Positions 12,031-25,204 of a stretch of DNA of 64,000 nucleotides are shown in pieces (within the stretch, counting starts at the first letter, position 1; every line of letters starts with the position of its first letter). Source of the DNA: Callorhinchus milii. Taxonomy: Eukaryota. Position numbers and translations under genes: made by a program. The stretch covers positions 68,264,001 through 68,328,000 of the forward strand of contig NW_024704742.1 of NCBI RefSeq assembly GCF_018977255.1, read 5' to 3'. Below the pieces are notes generated by a model. It made no database searches. It was not told the origin of the DNA and saw nothing but the letters and a program-made list of their open reading frames with translations.

Positions 12031-15000
12031 CCTTTTGTAATGACCAAAACCTTTAAGCATATACAGTCGCCCACAAAATACACAGTCAATTCACTTTACT
12101 CTGTCAAGCGCTTTGAGGCGTCTCAACTATGTGATAAGGCACTATATCAAATGCAAGGATTATTATTATTTACAGTATATTTTGTGAAGCGTTTTGAAAC
12201 GTCTCGGACATATCAAATGCAATGATGATTATTATAAGCAGTTTAGGACGTATTCGGGATGTGAAAGGCAATGTATAAATTTGTATTGTATTGTGAATAA
12301 ATTTACAAATTATACCATATTCTGAACTTTAGCTCGTAATAACATATTTTTGTAGAAATTTCGATCTCTTTGCTAGTTTTGCCCAACGTTTATCCTCAGA
12401 GTGAGATTTCACAGGAACTCCTGCCCCGTGTGGCAGACAAGTGAAGCCTCGCTCCTCCAGTAGCAGACATCCTCCACAGCTGTCACCGCAAGTTTGTGTC
12501 AAATGCACACAGACTGCAACAAGCCCACAGATTCCCAGAGCTCATGCATTTTTCAGCGTGTGTGTCTAGCTTTATCCACACTTGGGCAAATATTTGCTCT
12601 CAGCCATTGATTGTTGTGCATTCCAAATGCAGGAACCATTCATTGCTCTAAAACCACCTATCACTGGCGTTACTACATGTAGACGAGGCAAATCCAAAGG
12701 GATCTAACGCAAACTTATTTTATTTGCAAGTGGTGTTTAAAATTATGCAGCTTATTTTGTAGTCTTTTCCTTCCCTCAGCTTTTATTTTCACTCTGCAAC
12801 TTATTTTAACTGAGTGCCATGAATTTATCATAACAATAATCCATACAATTTCACATGAGGAGGACGTCTCAAAGCGCTTCACGGAATTTATAGTAAAGTT
12901 AATTTATAGACTGTGTTTTGTGGGCAAACGTGGCAGCCAATTGTGGACAGCAATGTCCCACAAATAGCAGGAGGTGAGTGATAAGTTTTATTGGGGGATT
13001 GTTGGCCAGGACACCAGGAGAGAGGAACTCCCTTCTCTTTTTGAATAGTGTCACGGGATCTTTAACATCCACCTGAACAGGCAGACAAGACCTTGATTTA
13101 ACATCTCATCTGAGCAGAGGATTGTGACTCTCGCAACATAAGTTGAAGGAAGAAAGAGTTGCACTTAACAGATGGAGGCTTGTTCCATAGGTTGTGGTGT
13201 GGCAGCTAATGTCTTTGCATAGGGGCGAGGAAGGCATCTGCATGGAGGAGTCCACTGTTCCCGTCACACGCCTCGGTGGACATGCTGCACTGCTTGAGTG
13301 AGCCATCAAAAAAGACATGAGCTCTGACACCTTGCCATCAATCCCCAAGGATTCATAGCTTCCAGGTACCACAGGTGGCTGTGAGGTGAGCCAATACCAG
13401 TCTTAATGGTGCCCGAAACAGAATTGAGCAGTATCTACATTACTACATGTTGACTGTCAACCTTTTATTATAATAATAATCCTTGCATTTGATATAGTGC
13501 CTTATCACGTCATTGATACATCTCAAAGCACTTCACAGAATATACTGTAAAGTGAATTGCCTGTATATTTTGTGAGTGAAACACGGCAGCCATTTGCGCA
13601 CAGCAGTGTCCCACAAACAGTCGTGGATTGAGTGACCAAGTTTTTTTCTTGGAGGGATTATTAGTCCCAGAAAACGATTCACCAATGACGCAAGATGAAT
13701 GTAAAGGACTTTTCACTTCCTGGGCAAGAGTCCTCCACATAAATTGTTCATTCATTCACTTGATGGCTGTTTTGGGGACTTTGCTGATTGCAAATTAGCT
13801 AGTAAATCTGCTTACAAAATCAAAGTCAGTAATTATCTTTGGTATTATAGCTGCTATATGAATTACAACAATTATTAATTATATTATTAATCTCATCCTT
13901 TCAAAATAACTTTCCATTATTACATAATCGAGCTGCTTTTTAATGAGTCCAGGGACCAGGCCTCAACCAGCTACTGTGTAAAGCAATACACCCTTGTGCC
14001 TTTCCTAAAAGTGATCCTCATAATGCTGAAACTTATGCCCTCTGCGTATCTGTCTCTTTAAAGGTGAGAGGAGAGGTCTCTATAAAATCCCTTCTCTGGA
14101 GTCCTGTAGTGTTGTGGTTAGAGCACTCGCCTCCTGTGCACAATTGGCTGCCATATTTTGTCTGCAAAATATACAGTTAGTTCACTTTACAGTATATTCT
14201 GAGAAGCACTTTGGGACTCCTCCATGACATGATAAGGCATTATACCAAATGCAAGCATTGTGATTCTTATTATAATTATCTCATTTTGAGGCAGAAGTGT
14301 TACTAACCCATCAAGAATTCTCTTAATGTAAATGTATCTCTTTATTATATCTCTTTATTACACATTGTACATGGATGGATCCATTTGGTGTCATTTTTTT
14401 TACCCCAGAGCACTGCATGATAACGAAGTCATCATGTATAACGTGTGTCCAGTTAAAGATCACCAATGTCTGAATTTAAATGGATTCTGCATTTTAAAAT
14501 AAATCAAATTATAAAAAGTTAAATTTAGGAAGCCTGATTGTATTGCAAACCAATCAAATTCATTATTGATGATTGATGCATTTACTGTATAGTAAAGCGA
14601 GAGACCTGGGTTCGATTCCCAGCAAGGTGAAACCTTGGGCAAGTTTCCTTACTCCAGACGCCTGATAATAATCCCTCAAAAAAAAAAATTGGTCATTTCA
14701 ATCCACGACTGTTTGTGGGACACTGCTGTGCGCAATTGGCTACTGCATTTCGCCCACAAATATACAGTCAATTCACTTTACAGTCTATTCTGTGAAGCAC
14801 TTTGAGATGTCTAGAAGACGTGAAAAGCGCTACATCAAATGCAAGGATTATTATTAAATCTCTCTGATAGATATTAATTAATCCTAGGCACATGATGGTA
14901 CAAGCATCTCCTGAGTAAGAGAAATATCTGGTCCTTCAATGCTTTGAGACATGCGAGACGCTATGTAAATTCAAGTTGTTAAACGTAATGACACCTTGAG

Positions 15001-17329
15001 ATTTCAGTTACTGTTGTACAGGAGACAGTTGAAGGCAGGCTTGGGGAGTGGGACTATGCTTCTCACTCCAAAATAGCACATTCTAAAAAGCTTCCAGCCA
15101 CAGCGATAGATGTCAAGAAACTCACTCTTTATCAATGAATCCCAAAGTGAGAGATAATAAAAGCAATTCTTCCATTTGATACAGCACCATTTACATCAAG
15201 AGAACGTCTCAAAGAGATGACAACAACAACAACTTGGATTTATATAGCGCCCTCCACGCCGGACGGCGTCTCAGAGCGCTTATAACTATTACAATAGCTA
15301 CAAATAGTGAAGCTATCAATGCTCTCTCTAATTCAACTACTGTAGATAAGATGAACTTTAAATTTGATTTCTTAGCAAAAATATTCAAAGATTCACTGGT
15401 ATTTTGGGGTAAGATTTGTTGCGTCTTTCTCAGCAGTGACAATGTTTTGATGTTAGCGAGATATGTACTGTTCACTTTGTTGCAGTTTTGTTTCACTGAT
15501 GGGTTCAGTGTTTGGATTACATTTCTTTATTCTGGACCATTGAAGATCAATAATAATAATCCTTACATTTGATATAGCGCCTTATCATGTCGTTGAGACG
15601 TCTCAAAGTGCTTCACGGAATATACTGTAAAGTGAATTGACTGTATTTTGTGGGCAAAATGACAGCAGTGTCCCACAAACAGTTGTGGATTGAGTGACCA
15701 AATTATTATTATCATTGTGGTATCTGCTCTTTCTCTCCTTTTTCAGTCTTTAGAGGCATTTAGTAGTCTTTACTAGTCTTTAGAGGCATTTAGTGTCGCT
15801 GCCACCTTTTATTCTGGCCTTCAGATTGTTTGGTGACAAGAAAGGACACCCAGATGTTGAGGGCAATAAAGTTGATGCACGAGTCAGAAGTTTTCTGATT
15901 GAAGGCCTGCATGGGGAATTGAGTTCACAGTGTAGGCTGACACTCCACTCCAGGAAAATACAGGTAGCATTTTTGAAAGAACTCATTTTCATATGAGGTT
16001 TTTAACCTGGGGACTTTTTGGAACTCCATCCCACATTCTCCTCGCCTCACCCCTCACTTGCCTCCTTCAAGGGTAATCTCAAGACCCTCTTCTTCGACTA
16101 CTCCTTTGGTCACCCTCCTACCCCTACCCTCCCTGCCCTCCACCCCTCCTGATCCTAAACCCCAGTGAAAGGCACCTTGAGATGTTCTTCCGAAGTGAAA
16201 GGCGCTACACAAATATGCTTGTTCAGGTAGCGATTAAAAATCCATGGCACTGCTCACAAAGAGAAGGGAGGGTCTCCCGCTGTTCTGACCAATTCTGGAT
16301 TTATTGGTCATTCACTCCAAGGCTGAATGTAGGAATTTGCTGACACAAAGTTTCTTTTTGAATAGTGCCATGCGATCTCTAACATCCACTTGGACAGAAC
16401 CTCATGCCATCCAAAGGATGGCACCACTGATAATGCAGCTCTCTCCAGGACTGCATTGGAGTGTTACCCTAGACTATAAACTCCCAATATCCCAACACAG
16501 AGCTTGAACCTACAATCTTCTAACCCAGCGGGCAGTGTGCTACCAACTGAGCCAGGCTGACAAAATATATTTTCTGCTTGTGAAAGTACATTGGATTAAG
16601 ATATTTTTGGGTTACCTCAAGACCAAGATCTGATACCACTACTACTACTAATAATAATAATTTGGTCACTCAACCAACAACTATTTGCAGGGGGACACTG
16701 CTGTGCAAAATTGGCTGCCACGTTTCACCCACAAAATATAGTCAATTCACTTTACAGTATAATCTGTGAAACAACAACGTGAAGGCGCAATATCAGATGC
16801 AAGGATTATTATATTCTTTCTGAGGTGTGTGGTGAGCAACTGCATTGTTAAACGTTGAAGGATTGCCATCCTGTGGCACTGCTGAGAAACTGAAAGTTTG
16901 TTCACCTAAAAAGGATAACAGCAAGCAATGTCTTTTCCCTCCACGAGGGGCATATCTCAGCCTGGACATGTATCCTATTGAGCTGGTAACATCTTGTACA
17001 AATTCAAATACACATGTTGACAGGTTTGGATTTACAAATATTTAGGAAGGATGTACAGCACAAAAACAGGCCACTCTGCCCAACCAGTCCATGTTTATAT
17101 TCCGGTGTTTGTGCTTGACACGAGTCTCCACATTCCTTACTCTCTCCCATATCCTTCTATTCCCCTCTCCCTCATGTGAAGGTCTAGGTTTCTCTTAAAT
17201 CCATCTATTGGCAAATATGAGTAACAGCTATTTTACAATTACTGTAAGTGGAATTGCATAGTGTCGGCGTTGCTAAAATAACTATAATATTTCTTGCATT
17301 TGACGTAGCTTCCCTGATGTAGCATCTCT

Positions 17330-18535
17330 GTTGCCTTCAACAACATTGACCACTCTATCCTCATCCACTGCCTCTCCTCTCAACCTTCATGGTTTGGACC
17401 TTGACTGGTTCAGATCATACCTCTCACATGGCCTCCACTTCATCTCCACAAACAGTTTCTCCTCCAGCCCCCGCACCGTCTCGTGCAATGTTCCTCAGGG
17501 CTCTGTACTTGGTCCCTCCTCTTCAATATCTATTTGCTCCCTCTTGGTGACATCATCCGCAGACATGAGGTCAACTTCCACATGTTTGCGGATGACACCC
17601 AACTCTATCTCTCTGCCTTCACCCTTGACTCCAGGACCACTGCTGTCCTGACAGAATATCTGTCAGACATCAAGTCCAGGATGAGAGCGAACTTTCTTCA
17701 GTTGAACGTCAACAAGACCGAGGCTCTCCTGATTGGCTCCCGTCAGCGCCTCCTCACCTCAGGCGCTGACAGTATCATCATCCATGGTTGCACACTCCAC
17801 CTTACTAAGCCAGTCTGAAACCTTGGTGTCTTGTTTGACCCTCAACTATCCTTTCTACCCCACCTCTGTGCCATGACCTGCTTTGCCTTCCCCACCTCTG
17901 CAATATCGCCCGGCTCCTCCACTGTCTCACACCACAGGACGCCGAAACCCTCATTCATAACATCCAGCCTTGACTATACAAACTCCTTGCTTGTCGGCCT
18001 CCCCAACTCCTCCCTTCATAATCTGCAGATAATCCAGAACTCTGCAGCCCATGTCCTCTCCCGCACCAGGCTCTGTGACCCTATCACCCCCATCCTCGCC
18101 CGACTCCATTGGCTTCCCATCACACAGAGGATACAGTTCTAGATCCTACCCTCACCTTCAAAGCCCTCCATGGCCTCGCTCCCCCCCTACCTCTGCGACT
18201 TCCTAACCCCTACCCTCCTGCCCGCTCCCTCCACTCAGCGGACTCCAGCCTACTTCATATTCCCCACCTCGCTCACCCCACCATTTGCGGGCGAACCTTC
18301 TGCCGCTCTGCCCCCACCCTCTGGAACTCCAACCCGGAGTCTCTCCACTTTGACCCCTCCCTTGCCACCTTCAAGACCCATCTCAAGATCCTCCTCTTCG
18401 ACCGTGCCTTTGGTCACCCTCCTTCCCCGCCTGCCCTCCACCCTCTCCAATCCCGCCCCCCCCAGCTCAGGTCCAGCACCTTGGGACATTCTCCTGACTT
18501 GAATGGCGCTATACAAATGTAATTTTGTTGTTGTT
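17330..18535 (+). mobile_element. L2 LINE ORF2 (RT C-terminal half) and 3' end, frameshifted
   Basis: [46 protein letters not shown]; tail ggcgctatacaaatgtaatttt(gtt)n. Confidence 0.92.
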
Positions 18536-19071
18536 GGCTTTCACGTCAGGAGGATGTCTCAATTTGCTTCACAGTAGTAATAATAATAATCGTTGCGTTT
18601 GATATAGTACCTTATCGCAAAGTCGTGCACTACATTGCAGTGTCAGCCTAGAATTCAAAGTACTGATGCATGGCTTAAACCAACAATATTCTGATTTAAA
18701 AGAGGTGAGAGTCCCACCGACTGAGCTGGCTGACACCTCGATGGAACTGTACATCAAAGTATTTAAATTCTGTCCTTGTTAAATGAGATGTTAAACCGTG
18801 GTCCCATCTGCCTGCTAGGTGGATGTTAAAGATCCCATGGCACTATTCAAAATAGAGAAGGAAGTTTCTCTCTCCATTGTACTGGCCAACAATACCCCAA
18901 ATAAAAATGTAAAAATGTCACGACTGTTTGTGGGACACTGCTGTGCGCAATTGGCTGAAAATTTCACCCACAAAATATGCAGTCAATTCACTTTACAGTA
19001 TATTCTGTGAAGCGCTTTGAGACGTCTAAACGACGTGATAAGGCCTATATCAAATGCAAGAATTATTATTC

Positions 19072-20135
19072 GTAGTGTAGCAGCAGTAGTGTAGTAGTGT
19101 AGTTGTAGTAGCAGTAGTGTAGTAGCAGTAGTGCAGTAGGTGTAGTGTAGTAGCAGTAGTGTAGTAGTGTAGTAGCAATGGTGTAGCAGTGCGGTGTTGT
19201 AGTAGTATAGTGTAGTAGCAGTAGGATAGTAGTATAGCATAGTAGCTGTAGTGTAGTAGCAGTAGGGTAGTAGTGTGGTGTAGTAGTAGTGTAGTAGCAG
19301 TAGTGTAGCAGTTTGGTGTAGTAGCAGTAGTATAGTAGTGTAGTACTGGTGTTGTAGTGTAGTACTGGTGCAGTAGTGGTATAGTACTGGTCAGCGCCTT
19401 GGGACGTCCTCCCGACGTGAAAGGTGCTCTATAAATAGAATCTTGTTGTTGTTGTAGTAGTGTATTAGTAGTGTACTGGTGTAGTAGTGTAGTACACTGG
19501 TGTGGTAGTATAGCAGTAGTGTACTGGTGTAGTACTGGTGTAGTAATGGTCCAGTAATGGTGTGGTAGTGTAGTAGTCATGTAGTACTGGTGTAGTAGTG
19601 GTGTAGTACTGGTGCAGTAGTGGTGCAGTACTGGTGCAGTAGTGTATGTAGTAGTGTACCTGTGTGGTAGTGAAGCAGTGGTGTACTGGTGTAGGAGTGT
19701 AATACTGGTGTAGTAGTGTACTGGTGTAGCAGTGTACTGGTGTAGTAGTGTAGCAGTAGTATACTGGTGTAGCAGTGTAGCAGTAGTATAGTGGTGTAGT
19801 AGTGTAGCAGTAGTGAACTGGTGTAGTACTGGTGTAGTAGTGTAATAATGGTGTAGTAATGTACTGGTGTAGTAGTGTAGGAGTAGTGTACTGGTGTAGT
19901 ACTGGTGTAGTAGTGTAATACTGGTGAAGTAGTGTAACAGTAGTGTACTGGTGCAGTAGCAATAGTGTACTGGTGTAGTACTGGTGTGCTGTTGTACTGG
20001 TGCAGTAGTGTAGTAGTAGTGTACTGCTGTACTGGTGCAGTAGTGGTGTAGTAGTAGTGTACTGGTGTAGCAGTAGTGTAGCTGTAGTGTAGCAGTAGTG
20101 TAGTGTTGCTATGGTGCAGTAGTGTAGCAGTAGTG
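19072..20135. repeat. Degenerate GTA/GTG-rich tandem array (gtagtagt, gtactggt units) with an embedded L2 tail at ~19392-19455
   Basis: Directly visible. Confidence 0.9.
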
Positions 20136-20758
20136 CAAATTTCCTACGGTTGAATGTGAATAAGACTGAGGCCCTCCTGATTGGCTCACGCCAGCGCCTC
20201 AGCACCTCAGGCTCTGGCAACATCAACCTCCATGGTTGCACACTACAACTCACCGCCAGTCAGGAACCTCGGTGTCTTGTTCAACCCTCAATTGTCTTTT
20301 CTCCCCACATTCAAGCCATGACCCGCTCTGCCTTCCCTCACCTCCATAACATCACCCAACTCCGCCACTACCTCACCCCTCAGGCGCTGAAACTCTTGTT
20401 CATGCCTTCATCACCTCCAGACTCGACTATGCAAATGCCTGCTTGTCGGCTTCCCACTCCTCCCTCCACACTGCAGATAATCCAGAACTCTGCAGCCCGT
20501 GTCCTCTCCCGCACCAAACTCCGTGACCCCATCTCCCCCATTCTCGCCCGACTCCATTGGCTCCCTATCCTTCAGAGGATCCAGTTCAAGATCCTGGTCC
20601 TCATATACAAAGCCCCCCATGGCCTCCCCACCCTACCTCTGCGACCTCCTAATCCCCCACCAACCCGCCTGCTCCTCCACTCAGTCGGCTCCGGCCTAAT
20701 CCATGTCCCCCAACTCACCCGCCCCACCATTGGCGGGAGAGTCCTCAGTCACTCTGTG
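20133..20758 (+). mobile_element. L2 LINE ORF2 fragment between two satellite blocks
   Basis: [17 protein letters not shown]...LQIIQNSAARVLSRTK...LHWLPILQRIQFKILVL. Confidence 0.9.
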
Positions 20759-20759
20759 C

Positions 20760-23645
20760 TGTAGTGCTGCAGTGTTGGTGCTGTGGTGTAGCAGTAGTGT
20801 GCTGGTGTAATTGTGCTGTGGTGCTGTGCTGGTGCTGTAATGGTGCTGGTGCTGTGGTGCAGTGCTGGTGCAATGCTGGTGCTGTGCTGGTGCTGTGGTG
20901 CAGTGCTGGTGCAGTGCTGGTGTTGTGCTGGTGCTGTGGTGGTGTGGTGCTGACGCTGTGGTGCTGTGCTGACGCTGTGGTGGTGCTGTAGTGTAGTGGT
21001 GCTGTCATAGTGCTGGTGTAGTGCAGTGCTGGTGCTGTCATGGTGCTGTGCTGGTGTGTTGGTGCTGGTGTAGTGGTGCAGTGCTGGTGTAGTAGTGCAG
21101 TGCTGGTGTGGTAGTGGTGGTGCTGGTGTAGTAGTACAGTGCTGGTGTGGTAGTGGTGGTGCTGGTGTAGTAGTACAGTGCTGGTGTGGTGGTGCAGTGC
21201 TGGTGTGGTGGTGCAGTGCTGGTGTGGTGGTGCAGTGCTGGTGTGGTGGTGCAGTGCTGGTGTGGTGGTGCAGTGCTGGTGTGGTGGTGCAGTGCTGGTG
21301 TGGTGGTGCAGTGCTGGTGTAGTGGTGCAGTGCTGGTGTGGTAGTACAGTGCTGGTGTAGTAGTGCAATGCTGGTGTAGTGGCGGCGCTGGTGTAGTGGC
21401 GCAGTGCTGGTGTAGTGGTGCAGTGCTGGTGTGGTAGTACAGTGCTGGTGTGGTGGTGTAGTGGTGCTGTGCAGGTATGGTGGTGCTGTAATAGTAGTGC
21501 TGGTGTAGTGGTGCTGTGCTGGTGTAGTGGTGCAATGCTGGTGTAGTGGCGGCGCTGGTGTAGTGGTGCAGTGCTGGTGTAGTGGTGCAGTGCTGGTGTG
21601 GTAGTACAGTGCTGGTGTGGTAGTGGCGGTGCTGGTGTAGTGGTGCAGTGCTGGTGTGGTGGTGCAGTGCTGGTGTAGTGGTAGTGCTGGTGTAGTGGTG
21701 CAGTGCTGGTGTGGTGGTGCTGGTGTAGTGGGGCAGTGCTGGTGTAGTGGTGCAGTGCTGGTGTAGTGGTGCAGTGCTGGTGTAGTGGCGGCGCTGGTGT
21801 AGTGGTGCGGTGGTGCTGTGCAGGTATGGTGGTGCTGTAATAGTAGTGCTGGTGTAGTGGTGCTGTGCTGCAATGGTGCTATGCTGGTGCAGTGTTGCAG
21901 TGCTGGTGGTGCAGTGCTGGTGTAGTGGCGCTGGTGTAGTGCTGGTGGTGCAGTGGTGCAGTGCTGGTGGTGCAGTGTTGCGTGCGCTGTGCAGTGTTGC
22001 AGTGCTGGTGGTGCAGTGGTGTTGCAGTGCTGGTGGTGCAGTGGTGTTGCAGTGCTGGTGTGCAGTGCTTGAGCAGTGGTGGTGCAGTGGTGTTGCAGTG
22101 CTGGTGATGCAGTGGTGTTGCAGTGCTGGTGGTGCAGTGTTGCAGTGCTGGTGGTGCAGTGCTGGTGATGCAGTGGTGTTGCAGTGCTGGTGGTGCAGTG
22201 TTGCAGTGCTGGTGATGCAGTGGTGTTGCAGTGCTGGTGGTGCAGTGCTGGTGGTGCAGTGTTGGTGGTGCAGTGTTGCAGTGCTGGTGATGCAGTGCTG
22301 GTGATGCAGTGGTGTTGCAGTGCTGGTGGTGCAATGTTGCAGTGCTGGTGATGCAGTGGTGTTGCAGTGCTGGTGGTGCAGTGGTTGCAGTGCTGGTGGT
22401 GCAGTGTTGCAGTGCTGGTGGTGCAGTGTTGCAGTGCTGGTGATGCAGTGGTGTTGCAGTGCTGGTGGTGCAATGTTGCAGTGCTGGTGATGCAGTGGTG
22501 TTGCAGTGCTGGTGGTGCAGTGGTGTTGCAGTGCTGGTGGTGCAGTGGTGTTGCAGTGCTGGTGGTGCAGTGGTGTTGCAGTGCTGGTGGTGCAGTGTTG
22601 CAGTGTTGGTGGTGCAGTGGTGTTGCAGTGCTGGTGATGCAGTGGTGTTGCAGTGCTGGTGGTGCAGTGGTGTTGCAGTGCTGGTGGTGCAGTGGTGTTG
22701 CAGTGCTGGTGGTGCAATGTTGCAGTGCTGGTGATGCAGTAGTGTTGCAGTGCTGGTGGTGCAGTGTTGCAGTGCTGGTGGTGCAGTGTTGCAGTGCTGG
22801 TGGTGCAGTGTTGCAGTGTTGGTGGTGCAGTGGTGTTGCAGTGCTGGTGGTGCAGTGGTGTTGCAGTGGTGGTGTTGCAGTGCTGGTGGTGCAGTGGTGT
22901 TGCAGTGCTGGTGGTGCAGTGTTGCAGTGCTGGTGTTGCAGTGCTGGTGGTGCAGTGTTGCAGTGCTGGTGGTGCAGTGGTGTTGCAGTGTTGGTGGTGC
23001 AGTGGTGTTGCAGTGCTGGTGGTGCAGTGTTGCAGTGCTGGTGGTGCAGTGGTGTTGCAGTGCTGGTGGTGCAGTGGTGTTGCAGTGCTGGTGGTGCAGT
23101 GGTGTTGCAGTGCTGGTGGTGCAGTGTTGCAGTGCTGGTGATGCAGTGGTGTTGCAGTGCTGGTGGTGCAGTGTTGCAGTGCTGGTGGTGCAGTGTTGCA
23201 GTGTTGGTGGTGCAGTGGTGTTGCAGTGCTGGTGGTGCAGTGTTGCAGTGCTGGTGGTGCAGTGGTGTTGCAGTGCTGGTGGTGCAGTGGTGTTGCAGTG
23301 CTGGTGGTGCAGTGGTGTTGCAGTGCTGGTGGTGCAGTGGTGTTGCAGTGCTGGTGGTGCAGTGTTGCAGTGTTGGTGGTGCAGTGGTGTTGCAGTGCTG
23401 GTGGTGCAGTGTTGCAGTGCTGGTGGTGCAGTGGTGTTGCAGTGCTGGTGGTGCAGTGGTGTTGCAGTGCTGGTGGTGCAGTGGTGTTGCAGTGCTGGTG
23501 ATGCAGTGGTGTTGCAGTGCTGGTGGTGCAGTGTTGCAGTGCTGGTGTTGCAGTGCTGGTGGTGCAGTGGTGTTGCAGTGCTGGTGATGCAGTGTTGCAG
23601 TGCTGGTGGTGCAGTGTTGCAGTGCTGGTGGTGCAGTGATGGTGT
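20760..23645. repeat. Minisatellite; the distal ~1.75 kb is a mosaic of 22- and 25-bp units GCAGTG(GTG)TTGCAGTGCTGGTGGT
   Basis: Directly visible; it accounts for all the long HQHC/VQCW low-complexity ORFs. Confidence 0.95.
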
Positions 23646-23699
23646 AACTGCCAATCACCGGGTTCTGGGGCAGTGCGGAGTGATCAGCACTGACCTCTG

Positions 23700-23808
23700 T
23701 GAGCGCTACACCCGCACTCCCCCCCGGGGCGGGGATACACTTCCGGGGTCACGGTCTGACTTCCGGAAATGACGGAATTCCAACTGTCAGCGGACTCTGA
23801 GGGTGAGT
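23700..23808 (+). promoter_or_regulatory. TATA-less promoter and first (probably non-coding) exon shared by UBOX5 and FASTKD5; donor GG|GTGAGT at 23802/23803
   Basis: GC box GGGGCGGGG 23726-23734, ETS/GABP-type CACTTCCGG 23738-23746 and GACTTCCGGAAAT 23758-23770, local CpG enrichment, consensus 5' splice site. A shared first exon is recalled for the human locus. Confidence 0.7.
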
Positions 23809-23819
23809 GAGAGACGCTG

Positions 23820-25179
23820 TGGGGGTCTATGGGGGTGTGGGGTGTGTGTGTGTGGGGGGTTATGGGGTGTGGGGGCTGTGGGGATGTGGGGGTTATGGGG
23901 TGTGGGTGGGGGGGATTATGGGGGGGCTATGGGGGTGTGGGTGGGGTGTGTGGGGGCTATGGAGGTGTGGGGTGTGTATATGTGTGGGGGGTATGGGGGC
24001 TGTGGGGGGCTATGGGGTGTGGGGGTCTATGGGGGTGTGGGGGTTATGGGGGTGTGGGGTGGGGTGTGTGTGTGGGGGGGTGGGGTGGTGTGTGGGGGGT
24101 GTGTGTGTGTGGGGGCGGTGTGTGGGGTGTGTGGGGGGGTGGGGTGTGTGGGGGGGTGGGGTGTGTGTGTGTGGGGTGTGTGGGGTGGTGGGGTGTGTGT
24201 GTGGGGGGTGTGTGGGGGGGTGGGGGTGTGTGGGGGGGGTGTGGTGGGGGGGGGGGTGTGTGTGGGGGGGTGGGGTGTGTGTGTGTGGGGGTGTGTGGTG
24301 GGGGTGGTGTGTGGGGGTGGGTGTGTGTGTGGGGGGTGGTGTGTGTGTGTGGGGGTGTGTGGGGGGGTGCGGTGTGTGTGGGGGGGTGCGGTGTGTGTGT
24401 GAGGGTGGGGTGTGTGTGTGTGTGGGGGTGTGGGGTGGGTGGGTGTGTGGGGGGGTGGGGTGTGTGTGGGTGGTGTGGTGGGGGTGGGGTGTGTGTGGGG
24501 TGTGGGGTGTGTGTGTGGTGGGTGTGTGTGGGGGGTGGGGTGTGTGTGGGGGGGGTGTGTGTGGGTGTGTGGGGGGGTGTGTGTGTGTGGGGTGTGTGTG
24601 TGGGGTGTGTGTGTGGGGGGTGGGGTGTGTGTGTGGGGGTGTGTGGGGGGGGTGTGTGTGTGGGGGGGGTGGGGTGTGTGTGTGGGGGGTGTGTGTGTGG
24701 GGGGTGTGTGTGGGGGGGGGGTGTGGTGTGTGGTGGGGGGGTGGTGTGTGGGGGGTGGGGTGTGTGTGTGTGCGGGTGTGTGTGTGTGTGTGTGGGGTGT
24801 GTGTGTGGGGGTTGTGTGTGGGGGGTGTGGTGTGGGTGTGTGTGTGTGGGGGGTGAGTGAGTGTGTGTGGGGTGTGTGTGTGTGGGGTGTGTGTGTGGGG
24901 GGTGTGTGGGGGGGGTGGGTGTGTGTGTGTGGGAGTGGTGTGTGGGGGGTGGGGTGTGTGGGGGGGGTGGGGTGTGTGTGTGGGGGGTGTGTGTGTGGGG
25001 GGTGTGTGTGGGGGGTGTGGGTGGGTGTGTGTATGGGGGGTGGGGTGTGTGTGGGGGGTGGGGTGTGTGTGGGGGGTGGTCGGTGTGTGTGTGGTGGGGT
25101 GGGTGTGTGTGGGGGTGGAGTGTGTGTGTGGTGGGGTGGGGTGTGTGGTGGGGGGGGTGGGTGTGTGGGGGGGTGGGGT
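23820..25179. repeat. G/T-only low-complexity tract ((GT)n interleaved with G4-G10 runs)
   Basis: Directly visible; ends at an assembly gap. Confidence 0.95.
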
Positions 25180-25204
25180 NNNNNNNNNNNNNNNNNNNNN
25201 NNNN
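25180..25204. other. Assembly gap (25 N); true size unknown
   Basis: N run; FASTKD5 coding sequence starts mid-protein right after it. Confidence 0.98.

Noticed and set aside
20760..23645. CRISPR-like regular repeats
   Set aside because: No unique spacers, no cas genes, vertebrate context
19050..23772. Long ORFs up to 969 aa rich in H/Q/C/T or V/Q/C/W
   Set aside because: Translations of the minisatellite, open in several frames on both strands, with no domain or splice context
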